A DNA stretch of 64,000 nt from an uncultured bacterium (GTDB lineage Bacteria > Actinomycetota > Acidimicrobiia > Spongiisociales > UBA5794): assembly GCA_963801165.1 (NCBI GenBank), contig CAWDDT010000004.1, positions 800,001 to 864,000 of the forward strand, in the 5' to 3' direction. Both the position numbers and the translations under genes were made by a program. Shown here one piece after another: positions 52,201 to 62,148 of the stretch. Numbering within the stretch: position 1 is the stretch's first letter; each line of letters starts with the position of its first letter. Under the pieces are notes generated by a model. The model was not told the DNA's origin. It saw only the letters and a program-made list of their open reading frames with translations, and made no database searches.

Positions 52201-52892
52201 GGGTCGGCGACACGCTGCCGCCGGGGGCGCTCGGCGACGATGATCTTGCCGATGCCGTCGCCGCAGCGAGCGCACTGTGGGAAGGAGCTCAGGAACGTTC
52301 CTACCACCGGCAACAGATGCGCACATACCTGGGGAGTCTCCCGATCGGCGGGGTGACGGTGGCGGGCAGCGTCCTGGGCGATCCGGGCGAGGCACACCTG
52401 GCCCGGGTTACGGCATCCACCATCAAGGGCAAGCACCGGCTGCAGGCTTTCGTCGAGCTCGTGTTCCTGAGCGCGCTGGAGCCCGAGGTTGCGTGGGAGT
52501 CGTTCCTGCTGGGGAGACGGGGCTCGGGGCACCTCGCGGTGACGATCGGCCCGGTGGGCGGCGATCCCGACCAGCGCCGGCGGCGGTCTCTTGAGTTGCT
52601 GGCTGAGCTGGTTGCGCTGCATGCCGAAGGTATGCGGGAGCCGCTGCCGCTCCCGTGTCAGACCGCCTATGCCTGGCAGCGCAACGTCGGCTCCGATCGG
52701 GGCAAGGCTTTTGGTGAGGCGATGAAGGTCTGGGAGTCCGACCGATACGACCCGGAGGCGCAGGACCCGGCCTACCAGACGTTATTCGGGGGTGTTCTGT
52801 CGTTACGGGATTTGCTCGCCACCGACTTCGAGGACTACTGCGCCAGGCTCTGGGGCCCGATCTTTCCTTTGATGCGGGAGCAGAGCATATGA
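49266..52892 (+). CDS. recC: exodeoxyribonuclease V gamma subunit with in-frame palindrome insert
   Basis: [64 protein letters not shown]. Confidence 0.95.
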   Translation: MPIQLHVAPHPDALVDLLIDRLAVPPEDPFAPELIAVPTRGIERWLTQRIALGFAERGIGDGVVANVEFPSPRHLVQQVLAVVPDLAASADAWQTANLTSHVLTAIDRHVDEAWLRLIQRYIDGPTGPNRLGAATKIARLFSTYARRRPEMIRSWADGQDVGPAGEPIDAGYAWQPTLWRAVRDEIGIPPLASLLPEGLDPIRDGSIDLDLPDRLAVYGLTATDPLDLQVLRALGEQRDVALYALHPSPGLWQTLAAGGLTVISRDDDPTAAAPVHPLLGSWGRDSRELQTVLSDAGLASSLSSSGDEQPFDALPGEPLRGRRPSQREGESPSPSGRGPERSEGGEGLVVPSDIPSPSGRGPERSDAGEGVVLPAGPGIPSPFGRGPERSEGGEGLVVPSDIPSPSGRGGERSDAGEGLRLLARIQADIENNRPAEPQPDLAEAVTAGSDRSVQIHVTYGPRRQVEVTRDVILHLLADDPTLEPRDIVVMTPDLGTFAPLLEAAFPTGDRDDTDGMPDLRLRIADRSPAAVNPLVRFAASVLELADSRMEANTIRQLVTRPVVQQRFGFDVDTAAAITGIINDSNISWGLDSDHREQWGAGHLPDRTWSRGLDRALTGVFYSDDPVRVIDRTVPLDGVEGQDATPVGLLAALIDRIGAIRDLLANAMPMSQWAQAIADSVRLLAKPGWDDEWQIGQLERLLGETFPETTRDPTLTLAEARRAIAGWTETRPSPLHFRTGDVTVCTLVPMRSVPYRVVCLLGMDDERFPRSSRTDGDDLLVGDERVGDFDRSSEDRQLLLDALMAASDHLVVTYSGRDELTNSELPPAVPIAELRDTLDDMVGPDGLAAIVTQHPLQSFSTANFTPGALGVPGPFGFDAAAFAGAGAIATGSTTPLVEAGWPDPEPIETLDLGDLIKFLQHPAQRFLQTRVGYVVPRAGEEPDDTLPADLDALSKWKVKEQVLDGLVDGYALDALQLRQRVGDTLPPGALGDDDLADAVAAASALWEGAQERSYHRQQMRTYLGSLPIGGVTVAGSVLGDPGEAHLARVTASTIKGKHRLQAFVELVFLSALEPEVAWESFLLGRRGSGHLAVTIGPVGGDPDQRRRRSLELLAELVALHAEGMREPLPLPCQTAYAWQRNVGSDRGKAFGEAMKVWESDRYDPEAQDPAYQTLFGGVLSLRDLLATDFEDYCARLWGPIFPLMREQSI
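50201..50520 (+). repeat. REP-like palindrome array inside recC
   Basis: CCCTCTCCCTYTGGGAGAGGT..CGAGCGAAGCGA...GGTGAGGG at 50259, 50328, 50403, 50472, preceded by an inverted related element. Confidence 0.92.
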
Positions 52893-55800
52893 CCGCCTTC
52901 TCCGAATTCGACCCCCGTGAGCCACTAAGCGAAGGCCGCACCGTCATCGAAGCCAGCGCCGGCACCGGCAAGACCTTCGCCATCTCCGCCCTGGTAACCC
53001 GCCTCATCGCAGAGGAAGGCCTCCCCCTAGAAGAGATCCTGGTAGTCACCTTCACCAGAGCCGCCACCGCCGAACTACGAGCAAGGGTCCGCGACCGAAT
53101 CCTGCTGACGCTCCGTGCGCTAGAAGCGGCGGGCGCCGCTCGCTTCCTCGCCCTCGACCGGGCTGAGCCCGGTCGATCCCCCCGAAATGGGGGGATTACT
53201 GCTGGTTCCGAAGCCGGTGGCCCCGCTATTTCCTCTCCCTTTGGGAGAGGTGGCGAGCGAAGCGGAGCTGGTGTGCCCGGTTCTTTCCCTCTACCTGGGT
53301 GAGGCTGGGACTGGTGGGACGCTGACCGGGCTGTGCCCGGTTCTTTTCCTCTCCCTTTGGGGAGGTGCCTGCGTGGGAGCTGAAGGGTGTGCCCGGTTCT
53401 TTCCCTCTCCCTTCGGGTGAGGTGCCTGAGGGGAGTGAGCTGGTGTGCCGGTTCTTTCCCTCTCCCTTTGGGTGGGGCTGCGCTGGCCGGGAGCTGAGGG
53501 TGAGCCCGGTTCTTTCCCCTCGCCTTCGGGTGAGGTGACCTGGTGGGTAGTCCGAAGCCGGTGGCTCAGCAGTAACCCTCCCCTTGCGGGAGGGTCGAGG
53601 GAACGCCAGCGACCGAGGGGAGGGGAGGGCGAACCACGCTGGAACGTCGTCCGAGACCCAAACTCCGAACCAGTCAGACGAACATGTCGCAGTCCTCCTC
53701 CAGGCCGACCCGGCCACCCGCGACCTGTACGCCACCCGCCTCCGCCAGGCGCTGACGCATTTCGACCGTGCCCAGATCTTCACCATCCACGGGTTCGCCC
53801 AGCGGCTGCTCGGCCAGCTCGGGTTGCGGGCCCGCCTCTCACCCGACCTGGAGCCGGGGGAGCCCGACGAGTTGCTGTTGACCCAGACCGCAAGCGACCT
53901 GATCGTCGGCCGCTACGCAGACAACGCCGCCGAGCAGCCCCCCAAGTTCAGCGACGTGGTTGGTGTTGCCCGTGCCGTCATCGGCACGCCGGACGCCCGC
54001 ATCGTCCCCGACCCGGACGACGTCGACGGTGCGGCGAGGGCCCGGGTGGAGCTGGCACACGCCATGCGCACCGAGGTGCACCGCCGGATGCAGGCGCAGG
54101 GCCAGGTGACCTACGACGATGGGCTGCTCGAGGTACGGGACACCCTCGGTGACCCGGAGGTGGGTGCCGCCGCCCGTGAGGTGTTGATGCGCCGCTATGC
54201 GGTGGCGCTTGTGGACGAGTCGCAGGACACCGACCCCATCCAGTGGCAGGTGATCCGGGCGATCTTCGACGAGTCCCGGCTGGTGGTGATCGGCGACCCG
54301 AAGCAGTCGATATACAGCTTCCGTGGCGCCGACATCGAGTCATACCTGGCCGCCCTCGACGGCGCCGACTCGCTGCGGACGTTGCGGACCAACTGGCGCA
54401 GCGACGGCGGGCTGCTGGTCGGCCTCGATGCGTTGTTCGATGAGGCCAGCTTCGGCGACGACCGGATTCGCTATCTCCCGGTGCAGCCGGCCCCGGGCCA
54501 CGAGCACGCCCGCATCACCGGCATCGCGGCACCGCTGTCGATCCGTCGCTTCGGCACCGGCATCCCCATCAACAAAGCGAGGAAGGGCGTCTTCTACATC
54601 AACGACGCCCGCCAGATGGTGGCCGCCGATGTCGCCGCCGAAATCGTCCGTCTGCTCACCTCGGGAGTGACCATCACCGGCCCCGACGGGCCGCGGCCGC
54701 TGCGTCCCGACGACATTGCGGTGCTGTGCCGCACCCGTCGCCAGGTGGACATGGTGCGTGGCGAGCTGACCCGTCGTGCGGTGCCGTCGGTGGCGGCCCG
54801 CACCGGGGGAGTGCTCGCCTCGGCCGCCGCCGAGGAGTGGCGGCGATTCCTGCACGGCGTCGAAGCCGCCGAGCGGATGGACCGGGTCAAGCTGGCGGCC
54901 AGCTCGCTGCTCGTCGGGTACACGCCGCAGCAGATCGCCGCCCTCAGCGACGAGGAGGCGCTGGAGCTGCAACGCCGGATGCAGCAGTGGCGGGAGCTTC
55001 TATACAACGACGGGATCCCGGCGCTGGTGGCAGCCGTCGACCGGTTCTGCGGGCTGTCGGCACGGGTGCTGACGGTGCCGGACGGGGAGCGGATCATGAC
55101 CGACCTCACCCACATTGCCGAGGAGTTGCATGCGGTGTGGCGGCGGCGCCGGATCGGCTCGCTGGTGGGGTGGCTGGAGACGGCGATGGCCGAGGCGGCC
55201 CAGCGGGAGCTGACCGGCGCCGAGGAGGCCGAGTCCCGGCAGCGTCGTCTCGAGACCGACGCCGATGCGGTGCAGGTGCAGACCGTCCACGCCGCCAAGG
55301 GTTTGCAGTGGCCGGTGGTGATGGTGCCGTACGGGTGGGATGCCCCGGCCCGGCGTTATCCCATCCCGGTGTTCCACTCCGACGAGCCGACCGCCGTGGG
55401 TGACGCCAGGGAGCGACTCATCGACGTCGGAGGCAATGGCGCCCCCGGCTTCGCCGACCATGTGCACCGGGCATCGGCCGAGGATGCCGGTGAGGAGGCC
55501 AGGCTGTTGTATGTGGCGTTGACCAGGGCCGAGCATCACCTGGTGGCGTGGTGGGTGGAGAACACCGACAACACGCCGAACTCGAAGCTGGACGAGCTGC
55601 TCACCGGCGACGACCGCACCCTCGACGGACTGGTCGAGATCGCAGGCGGCAACATCGGGGTGGTGATGGTGAACGATCGCCCATCCACTACCCGGTACCG
55701 CCCGGCGGCGCCACAGCCGCAGCGTCTGGAGCGGGCCCGGCTCGATCGCCGCCTCGACTACGACTGGCGGCGGGCCTCGTTCTCATCGTTGTCGCCGGAG

Positions 55801-56701
55801 CACCCCATCGGGGCCGCCACCGACACCGCCGAGCCCACCAAGGCGGACGAGTCCGACTTCGCCGTCGAACCGGAGGAGGAGCCCGTCGCCGGGGAGTCGT
55901 CGTTGCCGATGGCGGAGCTGCCCCGCGGCGCCCGCTTCGGCACGCTGGTGCACCACATCTTCGAGCAGGTGCCGTTCGACGCCCCGGACCTGGAAGCGGC
56001 GATCCGGGAAACGGCGGAGGAGGCGTTGCGGCTGGCCGCCTGGGACATCGACCTCGACACGCTCACCGCGGCGGTGCTGGCGGCGATGGAGACCCCGCTC
56101 GGCCCCGATCCGGCGTCACCCCGGTTGCGGGACCTCGATGCCGCACCGGGTATTCGACGAGCTGACCTTCGAGCTGCCGGTCCGCACCGACCGGGGCACG
56201 GTGTCGCTGCGGGACATCGGCGATGTGATGCTCGAGCACCTCGACCCCGCCGACCCGTTCCGCCGCTACGCCGAGACCCTGCACACCATGCCGCAGACCC
56301 GGTTCCGCGGGTTCCTCACCGGCGCCATCGACCTGACCGCAGTGATGCCCGGCGAGCGCTACGTGGTGATGGACTACAAGACCAACGCCCTCCCGACGCG
56401 AAGCGACGCCCCGGCCGCACCCGACTACGGCCCGCACCAGCTGACCACAGCGATGATCGACGGCAACTACGTGCTCCAGGCCACCCTCTATCAGGTGGCC
56501 CTGCACCGCTACCTCCAGTGGCGTCTCGCCGGCTACGACCCGGCCCGCCACCTGGGAGGCGCCATGTATCTGTTCGTCCGCGGCATGGCCGGCCGGGATG
56601 CCCCGGTGGTTGACGGCGAACGCTGCGGCGTAGCCCGCTGGACCCCACCCCCGGAGATGATTGTTGCCCTCAGCCGCCTGTTCGCAGGAGACGCCCAATG
56701 A
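52889..56701 (+). CDS. recB: exodeoxyribonuclease V beta subunit, interrupted by a palindrome array (about 53135-53670) and a frameshift near 56145
   Basis: EASAGTGKT, VTFTRAATAELR, FTIHGF, VDESQDTD, GDPKQSIYSFRGAD, TVHAAKGL, LYVALTRA, GAIDL..DYKTN nuclease domain. Confidence 0.92.
53150..53632 (+). repeat. REP-like palindrome array inside recB (partly degenerate)
   Basis: GATCCCCCCGAAATGGGGGGAT, TTTCCTCTCCCTTTGGGAGAGG, about five garbled CCGGTTCTTTCCCTCTCCCTT units, CCCTCCCCTTGCGGGAGGG. Confidence 0.85.
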
Positions 56702-59097
56702 CGCCCCGCATCGCCCTGGCAACAGAACGCCCCTGGCTGGTGGTAGCGGCAGACGGCCTGCTGGCGACGTTCAACGACGCCGGTGTCCTCAACCCGCTGG
56801 ACGTCAAGGCCGCCCAAACCATCGCCCGCCTCCTCGGCGAAACCGACGACCGCGTGCTCCTGGCCGCAGCGCTGGCCGTCCGCGGCACCAGATACGGCCA
56901 CGTATGCATCCGCCTCGACACAGTCAGAGACGCGGTAGCAGTAGACGGCCAGGACCCCGAAGAAATCGAGCACCTGCCCTGGCCCGAAACAGAGCCCTGG
57001 GCGGAGGCAGTACAAGCAAGCCCCCTGGTAACCAACACCGACCCCCCACTGGTCTACGAGCAAGGCCGCCTATACCTAGCCCGCTACCACCACTACGAAC
57101 AACAGGTAGCCAACCTCCTCCTATCCCGCCTTTCGCCGGTTCTTCCCTCTCCCTTTGGGAGAGGTGCCGAGCGAAGCGAAGGCGGTGAGGGCCTTAGTGA
57201 GCAGAAGCCGGGATTGGTGATGCGGCACAGAGGGATGCCCGCCCAGCAACCCTCCCCTTGCGGGAGGGTCGAGGGAGCGTCAGCGAGCGAGGGGAGGGGA
57301 GGCCGGACGGCGGTGGGGTGGTTGGTACCGGTGATGGCGGAGCAGCAACCATCCCCTTGCGGGAGGGTCGAGGGACCGTCAGCGAGCGAGGGGAGGGGAG
57401 GCCGGACGGCGGTGAAGTGGTTGGTACGGGTGACGGCGGAGCAGTAACCCTCCCCTTGCGGGAGGGTCGAGGGAGCGTCAGCGAGCGAGGGGAGGGGAGG
57501 CCGGACGGCGGTGATGGCCCTTCCCCCCTCGACCGGGCTGCGCCCGGCCCCGGTTCCGGAGCGGAGGGGGAAACAGCTGGTGGCCCCACTATTTCCTCTC
57601 CCTTTGGGAGAGGTGGCGAGCGCAGCGAAGCCGGTGAGGGCATCCCGTCTGAAGCGAGCGGCGCTCAACCAGACGAAGCCGGTGGCCCCGCTATTTCCTC
57701 TCCCTCTGGGAGAGGTGGCGAGCGAAGCGAAGGCGGTGAGGGCCTTGTGCAAGCAATCCCCCCGAGTTCCCACTCCGTTCTCGCCCGTCTCCTCGGCGCA
57801 GACACCCGCCAACACCAGGCCGCAATGTTGGCGCTCACCAGCCGTGTGACGGTAATCGCCGGAGGCCCCGGCACCGGCAAGACCCACACCATCGCCGCGC
57901 TCCTCGCCGCGTTGGCGGCGGGCGACGAGTTCCCCACAGTCGCGGTAGCCGCCCCCACCGGCAAAGCCGCAGCCCGCCTCGGCGAAGCGCTGGACGCAAT
58001 GGCTCACGAAGTAGCCGACGACCGCATCGCAACCCGCCTGGCAACCGTCGTGCCGAGCACCATCCACCGCCTCCTCGGCTGGACCTGGGACCGGGCCCGT
58101 TTCGCCCACAATGAGCGAAATCGTCTCCCTCACGACCTGGTGATAGTCGATGAGATGTCGATGGTCTCGCTCCCGATGGCCGCCAAGCTCCTGGCGGCGG
58201 TGCGTGACGATGCGACGGTGGTGCTGTTAGGCGACCCCGACCAGCTGGAGTCGATCGAGGCCGGCACCGTACTGGCTGACATAGTCAGCGCCGGCCAGCG
58301 AGCAAGGAATACCCATCGCCAACCACGTGGTGGTGCTCGACCGAGTCCACCGTTTCGAGGAAGACAGCGCCATAGCCGACTTCGCCGCAGCGGTCCGCGA
58401 TGGCAACGCCGATGAAGCGATCGAGCTGTTGCGGGCCGGCAGCGATCATGTCACCTGGGCCGGGGATCGCCAGTCCAGAGTCTTCGACGAGATCTGGTCC
58501 CGCCTCATAGACCAACGCATCCGCCTGGTAGAGCTGGCCGGCGACGGCGACGGCCCTGGAGCCCTGGCAGCGCTGAACGAGCTTGCCGTGTTGTGTGCCC
58601 GCCGCAATGGCCCGCAAGGCGTGTCGGGTTGGGGCCGCGAGATCGAACGTGCCCTGGATGAGCGATTCACCGGTTTGCGCTGGGGGAGCGACTGGTACCC
58701 GGGCCGCCCGGTGATGATCACCAAGAACGATTACAGCCAGGACCTGTGGAACGGCGACATCGGCGTGTGCGTGGAGACGCCGGACGGCATGCGGGTGCTG
58801 TTCGACCGCGCCGGCGGCCGGGAGCTACTACCCAGCCACCTGGGCGAGCACACCACGGTGCACGCCATGACGATCCACAAGAGCCAGGGCTCCCAATTCG
58901 ACGAGGTAGCGGTGGTCCTCCCCAGCGAGTCGTCCCGCCTGCTGACCCGGGAGCTGCTGTACACAGCGGTGACCAGGGCGAGAACCCGGGTCAACATCAT
59001 CGGCAGCGAAGACGTGGTCCGGGCGGCTGTGGAGCGCTCGGTGCAACGGGCATCAGGACTCGGTGCGCGGCTAGCCAAAGTCGCCACGGAACGCTGA
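56698..59097 (+). CDS. recD: exodeoxyribonuclease V alpha subunit, interrupted by a palindrome array (about 57135-57745) and a frameshift near 58300
   Basis: GHVCI, LYLARY, GGPGTGKT, APTGKAAARL, VDEMSMV, GDPDQLESIEAG, MTIHKSQGSQF, LLYTAVTRAR. Confidence 0.92.
57135..57745 (+). repeat. REP-like palindrome array inside recD
   Basis: three CCTCTCCCTYTGGGAGAGG units plus three TCCCCTTGCGGGAGGGTCGAGGG units at a 99-bp period. Confidence 0.92.
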
Positions 59098-59161
59098 TAG
59101 CTCGCGAACCGCGGCTCGCTCGACGAATGACGGGAGCACCGGCGTTTGATCCGTGGCCCGC

Positions 59162-59336
59162 TCAGGTGAGGAGCTGTGCCGGGTCGAGGGTGACTTCGGC
59201 CGGGCCTGCGTCGAGTGTGACCTCGGACCCCGGGCGGTGGATTGCCTGCTCGACAAACATTGAGTCGGCCAGGCCGTACACGGTGATCTCGGGTCCTCGA
59301 GGGTCGATGATCCAGTAGCGCTCGAGGCCGGCGGCT
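59162..59336 (-). pseudogene. Uma2 copy 4, 3' fragment only
   Basis: [20 protein letters not shown]...TLDAGPAEVTLDPAQLLT*; similarity ends about 20 bp from the REP dyad. Confidence 0.85.
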
Positions 59337-59356
59337 GACCCTGGGTGTTCTGGACA

Positions 59357-59487
59357 TGCCCTCCCCGGCCAGCCCTGCGGGCGGCCGACCCTCCCAAAGG
59401 GAGGGTGAACCATTGAGAGAAGCGGATGCGCCGGAGGTTCCTCTCCCTTGGGAGAGGTCCCGAGCGAAGCGAAGGGGGTGAGGGCCT
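59357..59487. repeat. intergenic REP-like dyad
   Basis: both palindromic arms closely match 50201-50307 in recC, with a different spacer. Confidence 0.9.
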
Positions 59488-59522
59488 CAGTAGACGATCC
59501 CGATGAGCCGGCCTTGCATCCC

Positions 59523-59575
59523 GCACTTATCACTATGAAACATACCAACAAGGTATGTTCTGTTATAGTAAGTGC
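59523..59575 (+). promoter_or_regulatory. long inverted-repeat operator over the leaderless abiE promoter
   Basis: AACATACC-AACAA-GGTATGTT core, outer GCACTTA/TAAGTGC; -10 TATAGT 6 nt before ATG 59576. Confidence 0.75.
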
Positions 59576-60292
59576 ATGATCTTGAGTTTGCTGGCGCACG
59601 GGAACCGGGTGTTGCGGCCCCAGGATGCCGCCGGGCTGTACGCCGAGCCCAGCAAGGAGTTTGCCCGGCTGGCCGATGCGGGCGTGCTGCTGCGGCTCTC
59701 TCATGGCTATTACGCGGTAGTGCCGGAGGAGCGGCGATCGGCGGCCTGGCGTCCCACGGTCGAAGGCGTTGCTCTCGGCGTGGCAATTGCCGACTACTCG
59801 ACAGACGCGGTGGCGTTGATGGGCGTGTCGGCCGCTCGAGTCCTGGGATGGGTGCCCCGCGCCATGGCTGGTGCCGTGGTGGGCGTGCCCAAACAGCGTC
59901 CGGCTCGACAAACCCCGGTTGGCCCGATCACCTTTGTGATGCGCGATGTGGGGAGGCTCGAGGTCCAGGTCGTAGAAACAGATCTGGTCCGGGGGTTCGC
60001 CACGACTGCCGAGCAGACCGCACTGGATATCGCCCACCGGCCGGGTCGCGGCGGGGTTGGTCCGGCAATGGCGGTTGAGACTCTGACCGTCCTCGCCGAG
60101 CACCTCGACTGGGATGTAGTTGCCGACCTCACCACACGCCAGCGGAAGCACTCGGCAGCAGCCCGGCTGGCATGGATCGCATCGGCGGTCGTCGATCCGC
60201 CTTCTTTGCCGCGGCCCCGCAAGCCCGTTTCGTCGCTCGGGTTGCGTCCGAGGGGCACCAGGCCGGCCGCTGATTTCGGGGTCGTCGAATGA
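59576..60292 (+). CDS. type IV TA antitoxin, AbiEi family
   Basis: wHTH (LLRLSHGYY), ALMGVSAA..LG, TTAEQTALD; ATGA-coupled to the toxin. Confidence 0.85.
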   Translation: MILSLLAHGNRVLRPQDAAGLYAEPSKEFARLADAGVLLRLSHGYYAVVPEERRSAAWRPTVEGVALGVAIADYSTDAVALMGVSAARVLGWVPRAMAGAVVGVPKQRPARQTPVGPITFVMRDVGRLEVQVVETDLVRGFATTAEQTALDIAHRPGRGGVGPAMAVETLTVLAEHLDWDVVADLTTRQRKHSAAARLAWIASAVVDPPSLPRPRKPVSSLGLRPRGTRPAADFGVVE

Positions 60293-61032
60293 TCACCCCG
60301 GACGAGGTGGCCGGCCAAGCCGGACGATGGGGTGTGGCGCCGAGCCAGATCGAGAAAGATCACATGATCTCGCATCTGCTCGCCGCCATTGCAGAGACGG
60401 GCTTCCCTTGCCGGTTCTACGGCGGGACGGCGCTGAATCGGAGCCACGTCGCCGGCGGCCGTCTCTCTGAGGACATCGACCTGATGGTGGATGACATCTC
60501 TGTCGATGTTGGTGCGGTGCTCCGTCGTCCGCTGCTTCGCCATGTGGGCGACACGACCTGGGAGCTGAGGTCTCGTCGCACCTGGATGCGGACATACGAC
60601 GTGACGGCGCTGGGCACCTCGGTCCAGCTGCAACTGGTGCGGTTCGATCGGGACGATCGGCGTTGGGGCTGGGAACAGCGGCCCGTCGAACTCCGCTACT
60701 CGTGTCTTCCGGATCATGTTGTCATGAATCTGCCGGTACGCGACGGATTCGTCGCGATGAAGTTGAACGCCTACACGGAAAGGTGGGCGCCACGCGATCT
60801 GATGGACCTTGCCAATCTGGCCGGTCGGGGTGCGATCACCGCCCGGGCGGTGGCGCGCTATCGCCACGCCACCGGAAGAGGTGTGTCGCTGGATGACTTC
60901 GCTTCCGTCCGCAGGCCGACACGTGCCGAGTGGAACACGGAGCTGGGACATCAGATGGCCGAACCGGGGGAACCGGAGGAAGCGGTGCAGATCGTCCACG
61001 ACGCGTTGGCGTCGGCAGCTCGATCTGCGTGA
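60289..61032 (+). CDS. type IV TA toxin, AbiEii/AbiGii nucleotidyltransferase
   Basis: QIEKDH, FYGGTAL, RLSEDIDL, MKL.A..ER..PRDL.DL. Confidence 0.9.
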   Translation: MITPDEVAGQAGRWGVAPSQIEKDHMISHLLAAIAETGFPCRFYGGTALNRSHVAGGRLSEDIDLMVDDISVDVGAVLRRPLLRHVGDTTWELRSRRTWMRTYDVTALGTSVQLQLVRFDRDDRRWGWEQRPVELRYSCLPDHVVMNLPVRDGFVAMKLNAYTERWAPRDLMDLANLAGRGAITARAVARYRHATGRGVSLDDFASVRRPTRAEWNTELGHQMAEPGEPEEAVQIVHDALASAARSA

Positions 61033-61073
61033 CAATCCGGTCGCAACAGACCGCATCGTTGGCGAACGGGCTC

Positions 61074-61415
61074 CTACAGCTCCAGTACCAGCCGTAGCCC
61101 GGCAGCGACCTCGGACATGGTCTCGGCGCCAAGGACAGAGACCTTCTGTGCGAGGGTGCGTCTGTCGAGGGTGATGATCTGCGACACGTTGACGACTGAG
61201 TCTTTCGGGAGCCGGGACGCTCGCTTGGAGAGCGCTACGTTGCCCGGTGCCGCGGCCAGACGTTGGTTCGACGTGATCACGGCGGCAACGATCGTGTTGA
61301 TGCGGCTGGCGTTGAACGAGTCGGCTTGTACCACGAGGACCGGTCGGCGTTTTGCCGGGGTCGAGCCGGTGGGATCTCCGAGATCTGCCCAGTAGATCTC
61401 TCCGCGCCTGATCAC
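61074..61415 (-). CDS. mazF: PemK/MazF family endoribonuclease toxin
   Basis: RGEIYWADL...KRRPVLVVQ...ITSN...DSVVNVSQI.TLD. Confidence 0.92.
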   Translation of the reverse strand: MIRRGEIYWADLGDPTGSTPAKRRPVLVVQADSFNASRINTIVAAVITSNQRLAAAPGNVALSKRASRLPKDSVVNVSQIITLDRRTLAQKVSVLGAETMSEVAAGLRLVLEL

Positions 61416-61648
61416 CAGTCGTCCCCGGCAACGGCGAGTCTCTGCGCTGCGGCCAGGTCCCGGTCGAGGGAGGAATCCGTTGCTTCGTATACCTCATCGA
61501 GGGCTGCGGTGACGTGAGACGGGGCGTGATCCTCGACGTATTTTGAGAGGGCGCGGGCGTACAGCTGGCTTCGGGGAATCCCGAGCCGCTGCGCCAGGTC
61601 GTCGGCACGCCGGAACAGATCATCGGGCAGCGAGATGGCGGTCTTCAC
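61412..61648 (-). CDS. ribbon-helix-helix antitoxin
   Basis: KTAISLPDDLF..AD.LA..LG..RSQLY; GTG start 7 nt after -10 TATACT; GTATGAC-N4-GTTATAC operator-like inverted repeat. Confidence 0.85.
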   Translation of the reverse strand: MKTAISLPDDLFRRADDLAQRLGIPRSQLYARALSKYVEDHAPSHVTAALDEVYEATDSSLDRDLAAAQRLAVAGDDW

Positions 61649-61716
61649 GGAATCAAGTATAACTCTGGTCATACCAGCCAAGGTAACCGATGCGAGTGAC
61701 ACAATCCGGGCGGCAG

Positions 61717-62008
61717 CTAACAGAGCAGTTCGGCGGGTCGACAGGTCACCTCAGCCGGCCCGACGTCGAGGGTCGCCGATGCACCCGGCCGGTGCCGGTA
61801 CCGTTCTACTAGGACGCCGTCGACCAGCCTGTAGATGATGATCGCGGGTCCGTCGGGGTCGATGATCCAGTAGCGCTCGAGCCCGGCGGCTGCGTACCTG
61901 GCGGCCTTGCGGATGATGTCCCGAGCAGGATCCGACGACAGGATCTCGACGACCAGGTGAGGTACGGCGGTGTAGCGGATCTCATGTCCGTTGTCGTCGA
62001 AGACAATG
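61717..62008 (-). pseudogene. Uma2 copy 5, 3' half only
   Basis: hand translation: [53 protein letters not shown]...AELLC*; N-terminal half absent. Confidence 0.85.
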
Positions 62009-62148
62009 GGATGGGCCCAAGAGCCGTCGAGGCCGCTTGCAGCCGTCAGGCCGTCGATCTGCGCTACGGTCAGCGCCCATGTTGTCGGAGACTCGTCTCC
62101 CGTGAGATCGCCACGGCCCCGGATCCGCGTACCAGTCCGCTCGAGTCC

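Noticed and set aside
53270-53560. Degenerate repeat units in recB as a distinct hypervariable element
   Set aside because: Each unit is clean up to the hairpin and garbled after it, which may be a base-calling artefact; it cannot be interpreted without reads.
50165-57745. Inteins or group I/II introns in the rec genes
   Set aside because: No Cys/Ser...His-Asn splice junction motifs, homing endonuclease, RT or recognisable intron core; the inserts are low-complexity palindrome arrays.
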